From Patescibacteria group bacterium (GTDB taxonomy: Bacteria > Patescibacteriota > Minisyncoccia > Phycocordibacterales > Phycocordibacteraceae), in NCBI GenBank assembly GCA_019744845.1, contig JAIETW010000002.1, positions 69,759-133,758 on the forward strand: 64,000 nucleotides of DNA, read 5' to 3'. A model generated the notes under the pieces. That model did no database searches. It saw nothing but the letters and a program-made list of their open reading frames with translations, and was not told the origin of the DNA. Of this stretch, positions 40,064 to 49,559 are shown piece after piece. Made by a program: the position numbers and the translations under genes. Within the stretch, counting starts at the first letter, position 1, and every line of letters begins with the position of its first letter.

Positions 40064-40984
40064 ATGTCATCAGGACACGGAGCAGGAGGAGATCGGGTAC
40101 CACGTGAGTGGTCTACACAGAACATCAATCACAACGAACGTGGTGATGGCAGCTACGACACCAATATCACGTATGAACGTGGAGGAGGTGATGATGGCCA
40201 CGGAGGAGGACATAAAGAAAGTGGTCTTAAGACCGCGCTTGCCTGGGTAGGTGGTGCGGTTGTCGTGGTCGGCCTTCTTGGTGCTGCAGCAGCCGGAGGC
40301 TGGTTCGCACGTCCTGCAGGAACTAATGCGGCGGTAGAGGATGCGCGTGGTGACCGTGGGCAGACCCGTCGTGAAGATCCTGCCGCTGGAGGTGCTGAAG
40401 ACGGAGATGAAGATGCTGAAGAGGTGCCAGAGGTTGAGGTTTCCATGAGTGGAGAGCGTGTCCGCCTCGCACTTGAAGGACTTGATCCAGGAGAGGAGGT
40501 AACTGTAATAGTGGTTTCTGAAGGCTCGGAGAGCGAAGTGTGTCCGCTTGAGGGAGGTTGCGGGCAGCTTGAAGATTTTGCCGGTGATGTCCGCGCACGC
40601 ACTCGCGACGAGGTTATGGCAATGCTTACCCGCCCAAATCGTCAACCTCGTCTTACACGCGAAGAAGCGGAGCGACAGGACGCTTATCTCGCCGTAGAAT
40701 CCATGCGTCTTGGGGGTGCCATCATTACTCTCACCGCAGATAATGAAGGCCAGCTCTCAATTCCTGCCACGATTACAGTAGATCGTGGAGACGAGTCTGA
40801 AGCGGAAATTATTCACGTGAATGATCGCGCTTCTGTTCGTGTCATGGTCCCGCTTGATGTACGTGTGGATGGTAACCAGGAAATCACTACCACCATCCCG
40901 TACAGTGTTATGTTGGGTGGCACCTACCCCCAGGGAGCACTGCTCCGTATCCGTCGGGATGGAACGGTCAACGTTGAGCGCTAA
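40064..40984 (+). CDS. Hypothetical single-TM protein
   Basis: Gly/His-rich N-terminus, one TM, acidic linker. Confidence 0.6.
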   Translation: MSSGHGAGGDRVPREWSTQNINHNERGDGSYDTNITYERGGGDDGHGGGHKESGLKTALAWVGGAVVVVGLLGAAAAGGWFARPAGTNAAVEDARGDRGQTRREDPAAGGAEDGDEDAEEVPEVEVSMSGERVRLALEGLDPGEEVTVIVVSEGSESEVCPLEGGCGQLEDFAGDVRARTRDEVMAMLTRPNRQPRLTREEAERQDAYLAVESMRLGGAIITLTADNEGQLSIPATITVDRGDESEAEIIHVNDRASVRVMVPLDVRVDGNQEITTTIPYSVMLGGTYPQGALLRIRRDGTVNVER

Positions 40985-41010
40985 AACAACAAATTAGGTC
41001 CGAAATGGAG

Positions 41011-41037
41011 AAAAGCACCCTTGACGGGGTGCTTTTT
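41011..41037 (+). terminator. Rho-independent terminator
   Basis: aaaagcaccc-ttgacg-gggtgctttt. Confidence 0.8.
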
Positions 41038-41045
41038 GCATGTGC

Positions 41046-41074
41046 TTGACAAATATGTTGCTATGTGCTAGGAT
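41046..41074 (+). promoter_or_regulatory. sigma70 promoter
   Basis: TTGACA-N17-TAGGAT with TG extension. Confidence 0.7.
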
Positions 41075-41143
41075 ACTCTTAACTATGGAGGAACTCCGTA
41101 GGGGGCCAAAAAACCAATTAATTACTTATTTATCAAACATTCT

Positions 41144-42556
41144 ATGACTATCACGAACCGTGTGCTCTCCGTGCTTCTCGTGCCGGTATTTGTGGTTACG
41201 GCGTTTGCATTCGCAACGCCAGTGCTTGCCGATGACGGCTACAGTGCGCCAGGACAGGCGTGGGCAGGAAGCCCAACGACCAGCTCTAAGCCTCGTACGT
41301 CTTCTGTGCCTACGTATTACGGCGGAAGCTCAAGTGGTAAAAAGCCTACCTCTTCCTACTGTTACACCTGTGGTGGCGGTGGATACAGTAACTATGGCTC
41401 CCTCTCTTCTACGCGCTCCCTCTATCTCTCCCTCGACTTCTCTCGCAATGACATTGATCAGAGCGTAGACAACAGCATCACGAACAACGTGAACGTGAAC
41501 GGTAACAACAACAACGTTGGTATCAACAACAGCCAGGAGACTAATCAGAATGCAGGTATTACCACGAGCCGTGGATACTACGAGCACTCTGATCGCAGCT
41601 CCTACTACGACTACTTCCGTCGCTTCAACAGCTCTTCAAGCTACAACAGCAACTCAAGTGGGGACGCAGGTCAGACCAACAACACGCACCAGTCAAACAT
41701 CTTTAACAGCAACAAGAACAATGATGATGATGACGATGATGACAACGATAACGATGATCTATGGTGTGAAATTGATGCCTCTGATACCTCAGTAGACGAA
41801 GGCGATCGTATCACTCTTGAATGGGATACTCGCGGTGCAGAAGATGCTCGTATCAACCAGGGTATTGGTTCAGTAGATGAGGACGGTGGTACCGAACGTG
41901 TTGAGATTGACCGCACCACGACCTTCCGCCTTACGGTTGAAGACGAGGATGGTGATGAAGAGGATTGTTCAGTCACGGTGCGTGTGAACGACGAAAATGA
42001 GTTCTCTAACATCGTGATTGATGAGGAGCCAACCTACGTTCCTCCTCAGTATTACTCCGGTGTGTACCTCTCAGATATTCCGTACACCGGTCTTGATATG
42101 GGTCCTTACGCATGGGCATACTGGGCAGCCCTTGCTGCTCTCGGTGCCGCAGGAACCTACGTGTTCTTCTTCATGGGCCTTCCGTTCGTCCTCCGTCGTG
42201 CAGGTGCACTCAGTGAGGAAGTAGAGGCAGAGCTCTCTGAAGAGAATGCATCACCGGTTCAGCAGTCAACGATGACCATGCCGGTAGCAGCCACTTCAAC
42301 GGGAACCGCCGTCATTGCCTCTCAGTCAGATATTACGAAGTTCGTTGCCGCACTTCTTTCAGCCGACAACGACACTGCCTCTGATATCCTTGAGGACGCA
42401 ACGAAGGATGGTGCAAGTGCCTCAGTGTTCCTTAACCGCGCAAGCGCAATGCTTCGCTCTGAGGTAGCCGCCCCTACGATTGCCGCAGGAATTGATACTT
42501 CAGTTCTTGAAGCCCTTGTAGATTCTCTTGAGGCAGCAGCAAAGGCCCGCGCCTAA
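41144..42556 (+). CDS. Surface protein with IPYTG sortase-type signal
   Basis: Signal peptide, Asn/Asp/Ser-rich tracts, Ig-like domain, DIPYTG + TM + RR. Confidence 0.8.
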   Translation: MTITNRVLSVLLVPVFVVTAFAFATPVLADDGYSAPGQAWAGSPTTSSKPRTSSVPTYYGGSSSGKKPTSSYCYTCGGGGYSNYGSLSSTRSLYLSLDFSRNDIDQSVDNSITNNVNVNGNNNNVGINNSQETNQNAGITTSRGYYEHSDRSSYYDYFRRFNSSSSYNSNSSGDAGQTNNTHQSNIFNSNKNNDDDDDDDNDNDDLWCEIDASDTSVDEGDRITLEWDTRGAEDARINQGIGSVDEDGGTERVEIDRTTTFRLTVEDEDGDEEDCSVTVRVNDENEFSNIVIDEEPTYVPPQYYSGVYLSDIPYTGLDMGPYAWAYWAALAALGAAGTYVFFFMGLPFVLRRAGALSEEVEAELSEENASPVQQSTMTMPVAATSTGTAVIASQSDITKFVAALLSADNDTASDILEDATKDGASASVFLNRASAMLRSEVAAPTIAAGIDTSVLEALVDSLEAAAKARA

Positions 42557-42570
42557 GCCAGGCCTCACAT

Positions 42571-42605
42571 AAGAAAACGCCCCCACCCGGGGGCGTTTTC
42601 TTTTT
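42571..42605 (+). terminator. Rho-independent terminator
   Basis: aagaaaacgccccc-accc-gggggcgttttctt. Confidence 0.85.
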
Positions 42606-42632
42606 GCCTATGCCAAGTACAATAGACGCATT

Positions 42633-42908
42633 ATGAGTGCCCTTGTTCTTTATTGGATTCTTCTCCTTGTCTGGGTTGCGGTCGTTGCCTACTTCATTGT
42701 CTTTGACCTCTTTCCGCTTCTCTTTGGGCATGGCCATGGAAAGAAGGAGCATGGAGGAGGGCATGGTCACGGACATGATGACCATGCGCCAGAGGCATCA
42801 AGTGGCTACTCAGTCTATAGCGGCTTCAAATCCTTTGCTGATAAGGATGGGAAACTTACCCCAAACGATATTGTGAAAGGACTTTCTCGGGAAGAGAAGG
42901 ACATATGA
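42633..42908 (+). CDS. Small membrane protein with His/Gly tract
   Basis: LYWILLLVWVAVVAYFIVF, GHGHG repeats. Confidence 0.65.
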   Translation: MSALVLYWILLLVWVAVVAYFIVFDLFPLLFGHGHGKKEHGGGHGHGHDDHAPEASSGYSVYSGFKSFADKDGKLTPNDIVKGLSREEKDI

Positions 42909-43603
42909 GTTCTAGGGGAACACCAGCTGAAGTGCCGGCACCGGCACGTTCAAAAGGAGAGAGGCTCAGAGAGGCAGAACGGGATCCGCGCCTTGAGCGT
43001 CGGCGATTTGTACTTTCTCGCGTGCCAGAACTTCGTGAGAGAATCTTTCATCTCCAGAAAGTGTTTTCTGATCTCCAGAAAGAACATCCCGAATTGGTTG
43101 GTCTTTCACTCTATGGATCGCATACGAAAGGATATGCAGATTTTCTTTCTGATATTGATGGCGTCGTGTTTGTTGATTTTGACGAAGCGCAGAAGCGAGG
43201 GACAGATAAGCTTGAGCTTCGGCGCCTGGTACAGGAAACAGTACGGAAAGAATTAGGGCTCACTTCTGAACATGTTTCCATAGATGCTGTTAGTATTTCT
43301 CTTCAAAACAATAGTGTTACTACGCTCCGGACTCCGCGCCTCTTCCATCTCGCGATTGGTGACAAGCTGCGTCCATACCGTGACGCAGCTATCCGGTCCT
43401 ACGAAGAGAAAGGCGAAGAAGGAGAGAGGGAATGGGCACGTCTCGTATTTGAACTTGTGCTCCATGAGAATCACACTTTCTCTGACGAGTTTGTAGAGAA
43501 GCGTCTACACCTCTATCCGTGGTCGCTCAAGAAGGCGCGAGCGTATTATGCACCGGAGCGAGGAAGCGACTACACAGAATCTTCCGTAGAGGATTCCGCA
43601 TAA
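42905..43603 (+). CDS. Pol-beta-superfamily nucleotidyltransferase domain protein
   Basis: YGSHTKGYADFLSDID. Confidence 0.75.
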   Translation: MSSRGTPAEVPAPARSKGERLREAERDPRLERRRFVLSRVPELRERIFHLQKVFSDLQKEHPELVGLSLYGSHTKGYADFLSDIDGVVFVDFDEAQKRGTDKLELRRLVQETVRKELGLTSEHVSIDAVSISLQNNSVTTLRTPRLFHLAIGDKLRPYRDAAIRSYEEKGEEGEREWARLVFELVLHENHTFSDEFVEKRLHLYPWSLKKARAYYAPERGSDYTESSVEDSA

Positions 43604-43606
43604 AAT

Positions 43607-44248
43607 ATGGCTGACGAGGGGATGCGTAAGTTTGAGCGAATAGACGCGATAGAGAACGATACACGTCTGGTGCATCACCGATTCCTTCTTTCTGAAGACC
43701 CTGCACTCCGGGAGAAGCTCCGTATACTGCAAGATTCGTTCAAGCAACTTCAATCCAAATTTCCTGAGATCATCAGTCTACAAGTATTTGGATCACACAC
43801 GAAAGGGTATGCCTCCCCTGATTCGGATTTTGACTTAGGGCTGGCGCTAGATTCAAATAAACTTGAGGCAGCAAAACGTACTAGCGTTCAAGTGTCTAGC
43901 GAAGTGCGGAATTATTTGCATACAAAGCTTAGCGTGAACAAAAGAGATATCGCTCTTGAGTACTACGAACTCGGTGGACCAGAAAGTTACGCGCGGTATG
44001 AACCCTTTCTATTATCCCTCGGTAACGGGATGCGCCCGTATCGTGAGGCGATTATCCGGAAGCTTGAACAGCAGCCTGACGGTGAACGGGTATGGATGCA
44101 CATCGTCGGACAGCTATGGGAGCGAGAAAATCTCTATTTCAGTGCTGCGCTCTTACGTGAGCGAAAGAAGCTATACCCACAGACGCTCGCTGAGGCGCGT
44201 GCGTACTTTCTTCCCGAACCGAAGCAAGAGACTACGAGCGATTCCTAA
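43607..44248 (+). CDS. Pol-beta-superfamily nucleotidyltransferase domain protein (paralog)
   Basis: FGSHTKGYASPDSDFD. Confidence 0.75.
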   Translation: MADEGMRKFERIDAIENDTRLVHHRFLLSEDPALREKLRILQDSFKQLQSKFPEIISLQVFGSHTKGYASPDSDFDLGLALDSNKLEAAKRTSVQVSSEVRNYLHTKLSVNKRDIALEYYELGGPESYARYEPFLLSLGNGMRPYREAIIRKLEQQPDGERVWMHIVGQLWERENLYFSAALLRERKKLYPQTLAEARAYFLPEPKQETTSDS

Positions 44249-45977
44249 TCTCGTCGGTAAGGCGTGCAGCGAATGCCTCTACTGCTTCTGCGGCCTCTGA
44301 CTTTCCGTGGTCACGGCTCTCTACAGAAACCGTTCCATCGGTTACTTCCTTTTCTCCAACCACAAGAAGGTACGGAATCTTCTTCTCCTTGGCAGCACGG
44401 ATCTTCTTTCCGAGAGATTCGTTTGCGGCGTCTACTTCTACGCGAATACCGCCCGTCTTAAGAATCTTCTCCACTTCCGATGCATACTGATTGAACTTCT
44501 CTGACACAGGGAGAATGCGGGCCTGCACCGGGGAGAGCCAGGTAGGGAAGGCGCCTGCGTAGTGTTCCATGAGAATGCCCATGAAGCGGTCGGGGGACCC
44601 CACGAGCGCACGATGAATCATGCTTGGGGTCTTCTTATTTCCATCCTCTGCAATGTAGGAAAGTCCAAAGCGTGCAGGCTGGTTGAAATCAAGCTGAATG
44701 GTAGAGATCTGCCACTCACGCTTTAGCGCGTCCACTGCCATGATATCTATCTTTGGCCCATAGAAGGCTGCTTCGCCTAGTGCTTCTTTGTGTGGAATCT
44801 TCTGTGACACAAGGAGGTTGCGCATAATACCTTCTGCCTTCTCCCAAATTGCGTCCTCGCCGAGATACTTTTCCTTCTTTGCGGGATCGCGAAGGGAGAG
44901 ACGCATCCAGTAATCAATCTTATATACGGCAAGTGCTTTCTGGATTGCCTTCAATACGTTTGAGATCTCTGACTCTATTTGATCCTCACGGCAGAAGATG
45001 TGGCCATCGTCCTGGGAGAATGCGCGAAGGCGAGTGAGGCCAGAGAGTTCTCCTGGACGCTCATCACGGTAGAGCACGGCGAAGTCTGCGTAACGAATAG
45101 GGAGGTCACGGTAACTACGAAGTTCGCTGTCAAAGATCTGCGTGTGCTGCGGACAGTTCATGGGCTTTAGGAACATCTCATCGTCCACGTACTGACTCTT
45201 CGCCTGGAGCATGTCTTCTTTGTACTGATCGTAGTGTCCAGAGATCTTGAAGAGCTCACCTTTGTTGATGTTGGGGGTATGCACCTCACCAAAGCCAAGT
45301 TCGGCATTGAGCTCACGAGAGAACCTAATGATTTCTGAGCGGATGATATTGCCCTTAGGGGTAAATAGGGGCATACCGGAGCCCACAAGATCCGAGAACA
45401 CCAAGAGTCCCTGCTCTCGTGCGATCTTACGGTGGTCACGCTTCTTCGCCTCCTCTCGGTTTGCGATGTACTCGTCTAACTCTTCCTTCGTATCAAAGGC
45501 AAGGCCGTAGATACGAGTGAGCATCGTATTCTTCTCATCGCCACGCCAGTACGCGCCTGCAATGCGATCTAGCTTAAAAGAGTCAGGAGCTATTTCATGC
45601 GCAGGATTTTCACAGTGTCCACCACGACAGAGATCCCAATACTCACCAGACTTGTAGAAGGAGAGAGTGCCACCATCTTTTGAAAACTCATCTATGAGTT
45701 CGTGCTTGTAGGGGTTTTGAGGGTACTCTGCCTTTGCATCCTCTGGAGAAAGTTCGTGACGATCCATAGAGGTCCAGGACGGAAGGATGCGACGCATCTG
45801 CTTTTCAATCTTCTCTAGATCCTTCTCGTTGATTGGAGTAGGGAACTCAAAGTCAAAGTAGAAGCCGTCATCAATGGCCGGACCAATAGTGCGCTTGGCA
45901 TCAGGACGTACGGTAAGTACCGCAGCGGCAAGAAGGTGGGCGAGCGTATGGCGTTTATGTTCTAGGTCCTGGTTCAT
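44232..45977 (-). CDS. thrS: Threonine-tRNA ligase (lacks TGS domain)
   Basis: RHTLAH, DLCRGGH, KPMNCPQH, AAFYGPKID, MIHRA. Confidence 0.96.
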   Translation of the reverse strand: MNQDLEHKRHTLAHLLAAAVLTVRPDAKRTIGPAIDDGFYFDFEFPTPINEKDLEKIEKQMRRILPSWTSMDRHELSPEDAKAEYPQNPYKHELIDEFSKDGGTLSFYKSGEYWDLCRGGHCENPAHEIAPDSFKLDRIAGAYWRGDEKNTMLTRIYGLAFDTKEELDEYIANREEAKKRDHRKIAREQGLLVFSDLVGSGMPLFTPKGNIIRSEIIRFSRELNAELGFGEVHTPNINKGELFKISGHYDQYKEDMLQAKSQYVDDEMFLKPMNCPQHTQIFDSELRSYRDLPIRYADFAVLYRDERPGELSGLTRLRAFSQDDGHIFCREDQIESEISNVLKAIQKALAVYKIDYWMRLSLRDPAKKEKYLGEDAIWEKAEGIMRNLLVSQKIPHKEALGEAAFYGPKIDIMAVDALKREWQISTIQLDFNQPARFGLSYIAEDGNKKTPSMIHRALVGSPDRFMGILMEHYAGAFPTWLSPVQARILPVSEKFNQYASEVEKILKTGGIRVEVDAANESLGKKIRAAKEKKIPYLLVVGEKEVTDGTVSVESRDHGKSEAAEAVEAFAARLTDEIRNRS

Positions 45978-46003
45978 GATGTGTGTAAGTATACCGTTCT
46001 GAA

Positions 46004-46029
46004 ATAAAAAACCCCGCAGGTGGCGGGGG
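46004..46029 (-). terminator. Attenuator terminator upstream of thrS
   Basis: Minus strand ccccgc-cacct-gcgggg followed by a U run. Confidence 0.85.
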
Positions 46030-46065
46030 TAATAGTGTGTGAGGCTAGGACCACCGCCGGAGGCG

Positions 46066-46104
46066 CTACGAGGTAGTAGTGGTGGTCGTGGTCACGAATA
46101 CCAT
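46066..46104 (-). CDS. thrS leader peptide MVFVTTTTTTTS
   Basis: Seven consecutive Thr codons upstream of the terminator and thrS. Confidence 0.85.
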   Translation of the reverse strand: MVFVTTTTTTTS

Positions 46105-46131
46105 AGGGAGAAGTATAGGACGCCGTACGAC

Positions 46132-49100
46132 TTATGCAAGTGCCTTCAGGTTATCTACCGCAAGGGTAGTCTCACCGTTTCTAATAGACACCTTCGCCTT
46201 CAGAAGCACACAGGAACCCTCTATAAGTGCGGCACCTTGCTCCTTGTAGAGCTTGGGGAACACAACTCCTTCAATGGAGTCGGTCTTATCTTCAAAGCGC
46301 ACGAAGGACATCTTCTCTCCATTTTTAGTAAGAAGCGTACGCACGCTCGCAACGAGGGCCGGAATAATCACGGGAAGACTTTGCTGCGGCGCTTCCTTGA
46401 TCTTTGCAATAGTCATAGTCGCCTTACTTACGACGGTACTGTGCGAATCAAGAGGATGTCCTGAGACATAGATACCAAGAAGTTCCTTCTCCCATGCGAG
46501 CTTATCGCGAAGCGTGGTCTTGAGGTCGCTTGGGGGGAGATTCAGGCTTGGTGCGGCAGAGGCAAAGAGAGAATCCTGGGTTGCAGGCGCAGTTGCGTCT
46601 CTATGGAAGGTGAGAAGTGTTTCTATATGTTCTAGAAGCTGCGCGCGCTCACCAAAGCGATCAAGTGCACCGCACTTAATGAGTGACTCCAGTGACTTAC
46701 GATTCAAGTTCCTGTTGCCGATTCTACAGAGGAAGTCAGAGAGGGAAGTGAACGGTCCTGCATTTCCACGCTCGGTGATGATCGCTTCTGATATACCTTC
46801 ACCGAAGTTCTTGATGGACGATAGTCCAAAGCGAATCGTGTTCTTGCCTTCACCAGCGACCGTAAACACCGAACCTGATTCGTTTACGTCGGGAGGGAGC
46901 ACGGGAACTTTAAGTCGCTCACACTCAGCGACCATGACCGCGATCTGATCTACGTTTCCGGAGTCGGCGGTGAGCACGGCAGCCATATACTCCACAGGAT
47001 AGTGCGCCTTCATGTAGGCGGTTTGGTATGCGACTTTTCCGTAGGAGGCAGCATGCGCCTTGTTAAATCCGTAGGCAGCAAACGGTTCAATCAATTTCCA
47101 GAGTGCTTCTGCGTTTGGTTTAGAAAGCTTTGCGTGGTCCATGAATCCTGCGATGAGTTTTTCTTTCTGTGCCTCCATCTGTTCAGGAATCTTTTTACCC
47201 ATAGCCTTACGAAGTGCGTCCGCTTCAAGCCATGAATAGCCGCCAAGACGCACTGCGATCAAAAGCACGTCGTCCTGATACGTCACCACGCCGTAGGAAC
47301 GATCGAGAATTTCTTCTAGGCGAGGATCTAGATACTTCACCAGTTTTGGATTTCGCTTACGTTCAATATAGGAAGGAATAGATTCAATCGGGCCTGGACG
47401 ATACAAGGCCACCATAGCGTTGATGTCGTGAATGGTGGTAGGGCGGAGTTCCTTCAAGTATCGGGTCATACCGCTTCCGGCGAGCTGGAAGAGTCCTTCG
47501 GTTTCGCCGCGCGCAAGCATGGCAAAGGTCTCTGCGTCATCTAGAGGAATCTTTTCAATATCAATCCAGGTGTCGCGTGTTTCTTTTACGCGCTCCACCG
47601 AGTCCGCGAGGATCGCGAGGTTTTTAATACCAAGGAAGTCAAACTTCAAAAGTCCCACACCGCCGTATTCATCAGTGATGGAGTACATGTCGTACTGCGT
47701 GATGAGTGCACCGTTCTCGTCTTCACTCTTTGGGTCGTACTGAAGTGGTGCCCATTCCACAAGTGGGGAAGGCGCAATCACGACACCCGCGGCGTGCACA
47801 CCCACATGGCGTACACAGCCTTCAATACGTTTCGCAAGGTCTATCACTTCTCGTACGTCATCATCTTCGTCATAGAGTTTCTTTAGATCCTCTTCAAGGG
47901 TCATGGCGCGTTCTATAGTCATAGGGAATCCTTGAGAGCCAACCGGAATCAGTTTCGCGATGCGGTCACCCGTGCCGTATGAGTGTCCGAGTGCACGTGC
48001 GACGTCACGCACGGCGGCACGTGCGAGCATGGTGCCGAAAGTGCCGATCTGTGCGACACGATCCTCGCCATACTTACGTTTTGCATACGCGATCACCTCA
48101 CCGCGACGATTATCGGCGAAGTCCATATCAATATCTGGTGCTTTCGGACGCTCTGGGTTCAAGAAGCGCTCGAAGGGAAGTTTATAGAAGATGGGATCTA
48201 CGTTTGTGACGCCTGCGAGATAGGAGACGAGCGATCCTCCTGCAGACCCACGAGTGGTGGTGAGGATACCTTCCTTACGCGCAAAGGTAAGGAGGTCAGA
48301 CACGATGAGGAAGTACGGGGCAAAATTTTTGTCTTTAATAATCTGGAGTTCATATTCTATGCGCTCTTCTACCTCTTTCGTCTTCTCCATGCCGCGCATA
48401 GAAAGACCAGCATAGGCACGATCCTTGAGTTCTTCGTCGTGGGTTTTCCCACTTTCTACCTTGAACTCAGGAAACACCCATTCACCAAGAGTGAAGGAAA
48501 GATTGCAACGCTCTGCAATCTCGCCACTGCGATCTACCGCATCTTCCATATCCTTAAACCACTTTCGCATATCTTTCTCGCTGGTGAAGGAGAAGTCCTC
48601 GTCTTCGTTAAATCCTTTTTCACCATGCTGAATACGACGAAGCACTGCGCACGCTTCGCGATCTTCGGGATCAAGGAAATACACATCGTGCTGTGCAACG
48701 AGGGGCACCCCTGAAGATTTGGAGAGCGTAACCAGTGCGTCCATCTTTTTCTGATGCCCCTCTACCTTTGGGTGGTAGGTGATCTCAAGGAACACATTAT
48801 TTTTTCCAAAAATACTTACGTATTCTTCAAGCAGAGCAGATGCGGCCTTCAGATCTCCTGCGGCAACTGCCTGGACTACTTCACCTGAGAATGAAGGGAT
48901 AAGTGCGATGATGCCTTCTTTGTGTTCACGAAGTAACTCCTTATCTATCCGTGGCTTCTCGTTCAATCCTTCGGTGAACGACTTCGTGACCATTGCAAGC
49001 AGGTTTTTGTATCCCTTTTCATTCTCTGCAAGAAGCACGAGACGCGCACGCTTCTCATCGCGATTCTTTTCATGACGTGAACGAGGGGCCAGGTATGCAT

Positions 49101-49299
49101 CTACGCCAAGAATTGGTTTGATACCCGCTTTTGTGGCGGACTTATAGAAATCAATGGCGCCATGGAGGTTCCCAGCGTCGGTGAGTGCGACTGCCGGCAT
49201 ACCTGCCTTCTTTGCTGCCTCCACGAGCTCATCAGCCTTTGGGAGTGCCTGAAGGAAGGAGTAGTGGCTATGGGTATGAAGGTGCACAAACTTGCTCAT
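46132..49299 (-). CDS. dnaE: DNA polymerase III alpha subunit
   Basis: HLHTHSHYS, PDIDMDF, KFDFLG, YGFNKAH. Confidence 0.97.
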   Translation of the reverse strand: MSKFVHLHTHSHYSFLQALPKADELVEAAKKAGMPAVALTDAGNLHGAIDFYKSATKAGIKPILGVDAYLAPRSRHEKNRDEKRARLVLLAENEKGYKNLLAMVTKSFTEGLNEKPRIDKELLREHKEGIIALIPSFSGEVVQAVAAGDLKAASALLEEYVSIFGKNNVFLEITYHPKVEGHQKKMDALVTLSKSSGVPLVAQHDVYFLDPEDREACAVLRRIQHGEKGFNEDEDFSFTSEKDMRKWFKDMEDAVDRSGEIAERCNLSFTLGEWVFPEFKVESGKTHDEELKDRAYAGLSMRGMEKTKEVEERIEYELQIIKDKNFAPYFLIVSDLLTFARKEGILTTTRGSAGGSLVSYLAGVTNVDPIFYKLPFERFLNPERPKAPDIDMDFADNRRGEVIAYAKRKYGEDRVAQIGTFGTMLARAAVRDVARALGHSYGTGDRIAKLIPVGSQGFPMTIERAMTLEEDLKKLYDEDDDVREVIDLAKRIEGCVRHVGVHAAGVVIAPSPLVEWAPLQYDPKSEDENGALITQYDMYSITDEYGGVGLLKFDFLGIKNLAILADSVERVKETRDTWIDIEKIPLDDAETFAMLARGETEGLFQLAGSGMTRYLKELRPTTIHDINAMVALYRPGPIESIPSYIERKRNPKLVKYLDPRLEEILDRSYGVVTYQDDVLLIAVRLGGYSWLEADALRKAMGKKIPEQMEAQKEKLIAGFMDHAKLSKPNAEALWKLIEPFAAYGFNKAHAASYGKVAYQTAYMKAHYPVEYMAAVLTADSGNVDQIAVMVAECERLKVPVLPPDVNESGSVFTVAGEGKNTIRFGLSSIKNFGEGISEAIITERGNAGPFTSLSDFLCRIGNRNLNRKSLESLIKCGALDRFGERAQLLEHIETLLTFHRDATAPATQDSLFASAAPSLNLPPSDLKTTLRDKLAWEKELLGIYVSGHPLDSHSTVVSKATMTIAKIKEAPQQSLPVIIPALVASVRTLLTKNGEKMSFVRFEDKTDSIEGVVFPKLYKEQGAALIEGSCVLLKAKVSIRNGETTLAVDNLKALA

Positions 49300-49374
49300 A
49301 CCCACAGAATACCAAGCGGAGGAGCCATGCGCCTAATGTTGGTATACTGTCCCTATACTCATATTTTGTAGATT

Positions 49375-49557
49375 ATGTCTGATTCAATGGAAGCGGGTGG
49401 GAAGCCCCTTAAGCTTAACGAAACTCCTGAGGCGGCGTTGAAACGTCTGCAAGGCGCTGAGCGTTTGATGAGACTCAACCCATTTAAAGATCAGAATAAG
49501 TTAGCGGCCCTTCAGGCAGAGATTGCACGCCTCGGTGCGGAGATACGAGGAGAGTAA
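49375..49557 (+). CDS. Small hypothetical protein
   Basis: 60-aa ORF directly upstream of rnhB. Confidence 0.5.
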   Translation: MSDSMEAGGKPLKLNETPEAALKRLQGAERLMRLNPFKDQNKLAALQAEIARLGAEIRGE

Positions 49558-49559
49558 AC

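Noticed and set aside
41470-41760. AAC/GAT-rich tracts as DGR or satellite repeats
   Set aside because: They encode Asn/Asp low-complexity protein segments; no reverse transcriptase or TR/VR pair was seen.
45980-46130. T-box riboswitch upstream of thrS
   Set aside because: The region is too short for stem I and has no T-box consensus; the leader-peptide model explains it.
46039-46464. 141-aa plus-strand ORF
   Set aside because: It is antisense to dnaE and the thrS leader and has no recognisable motifs.
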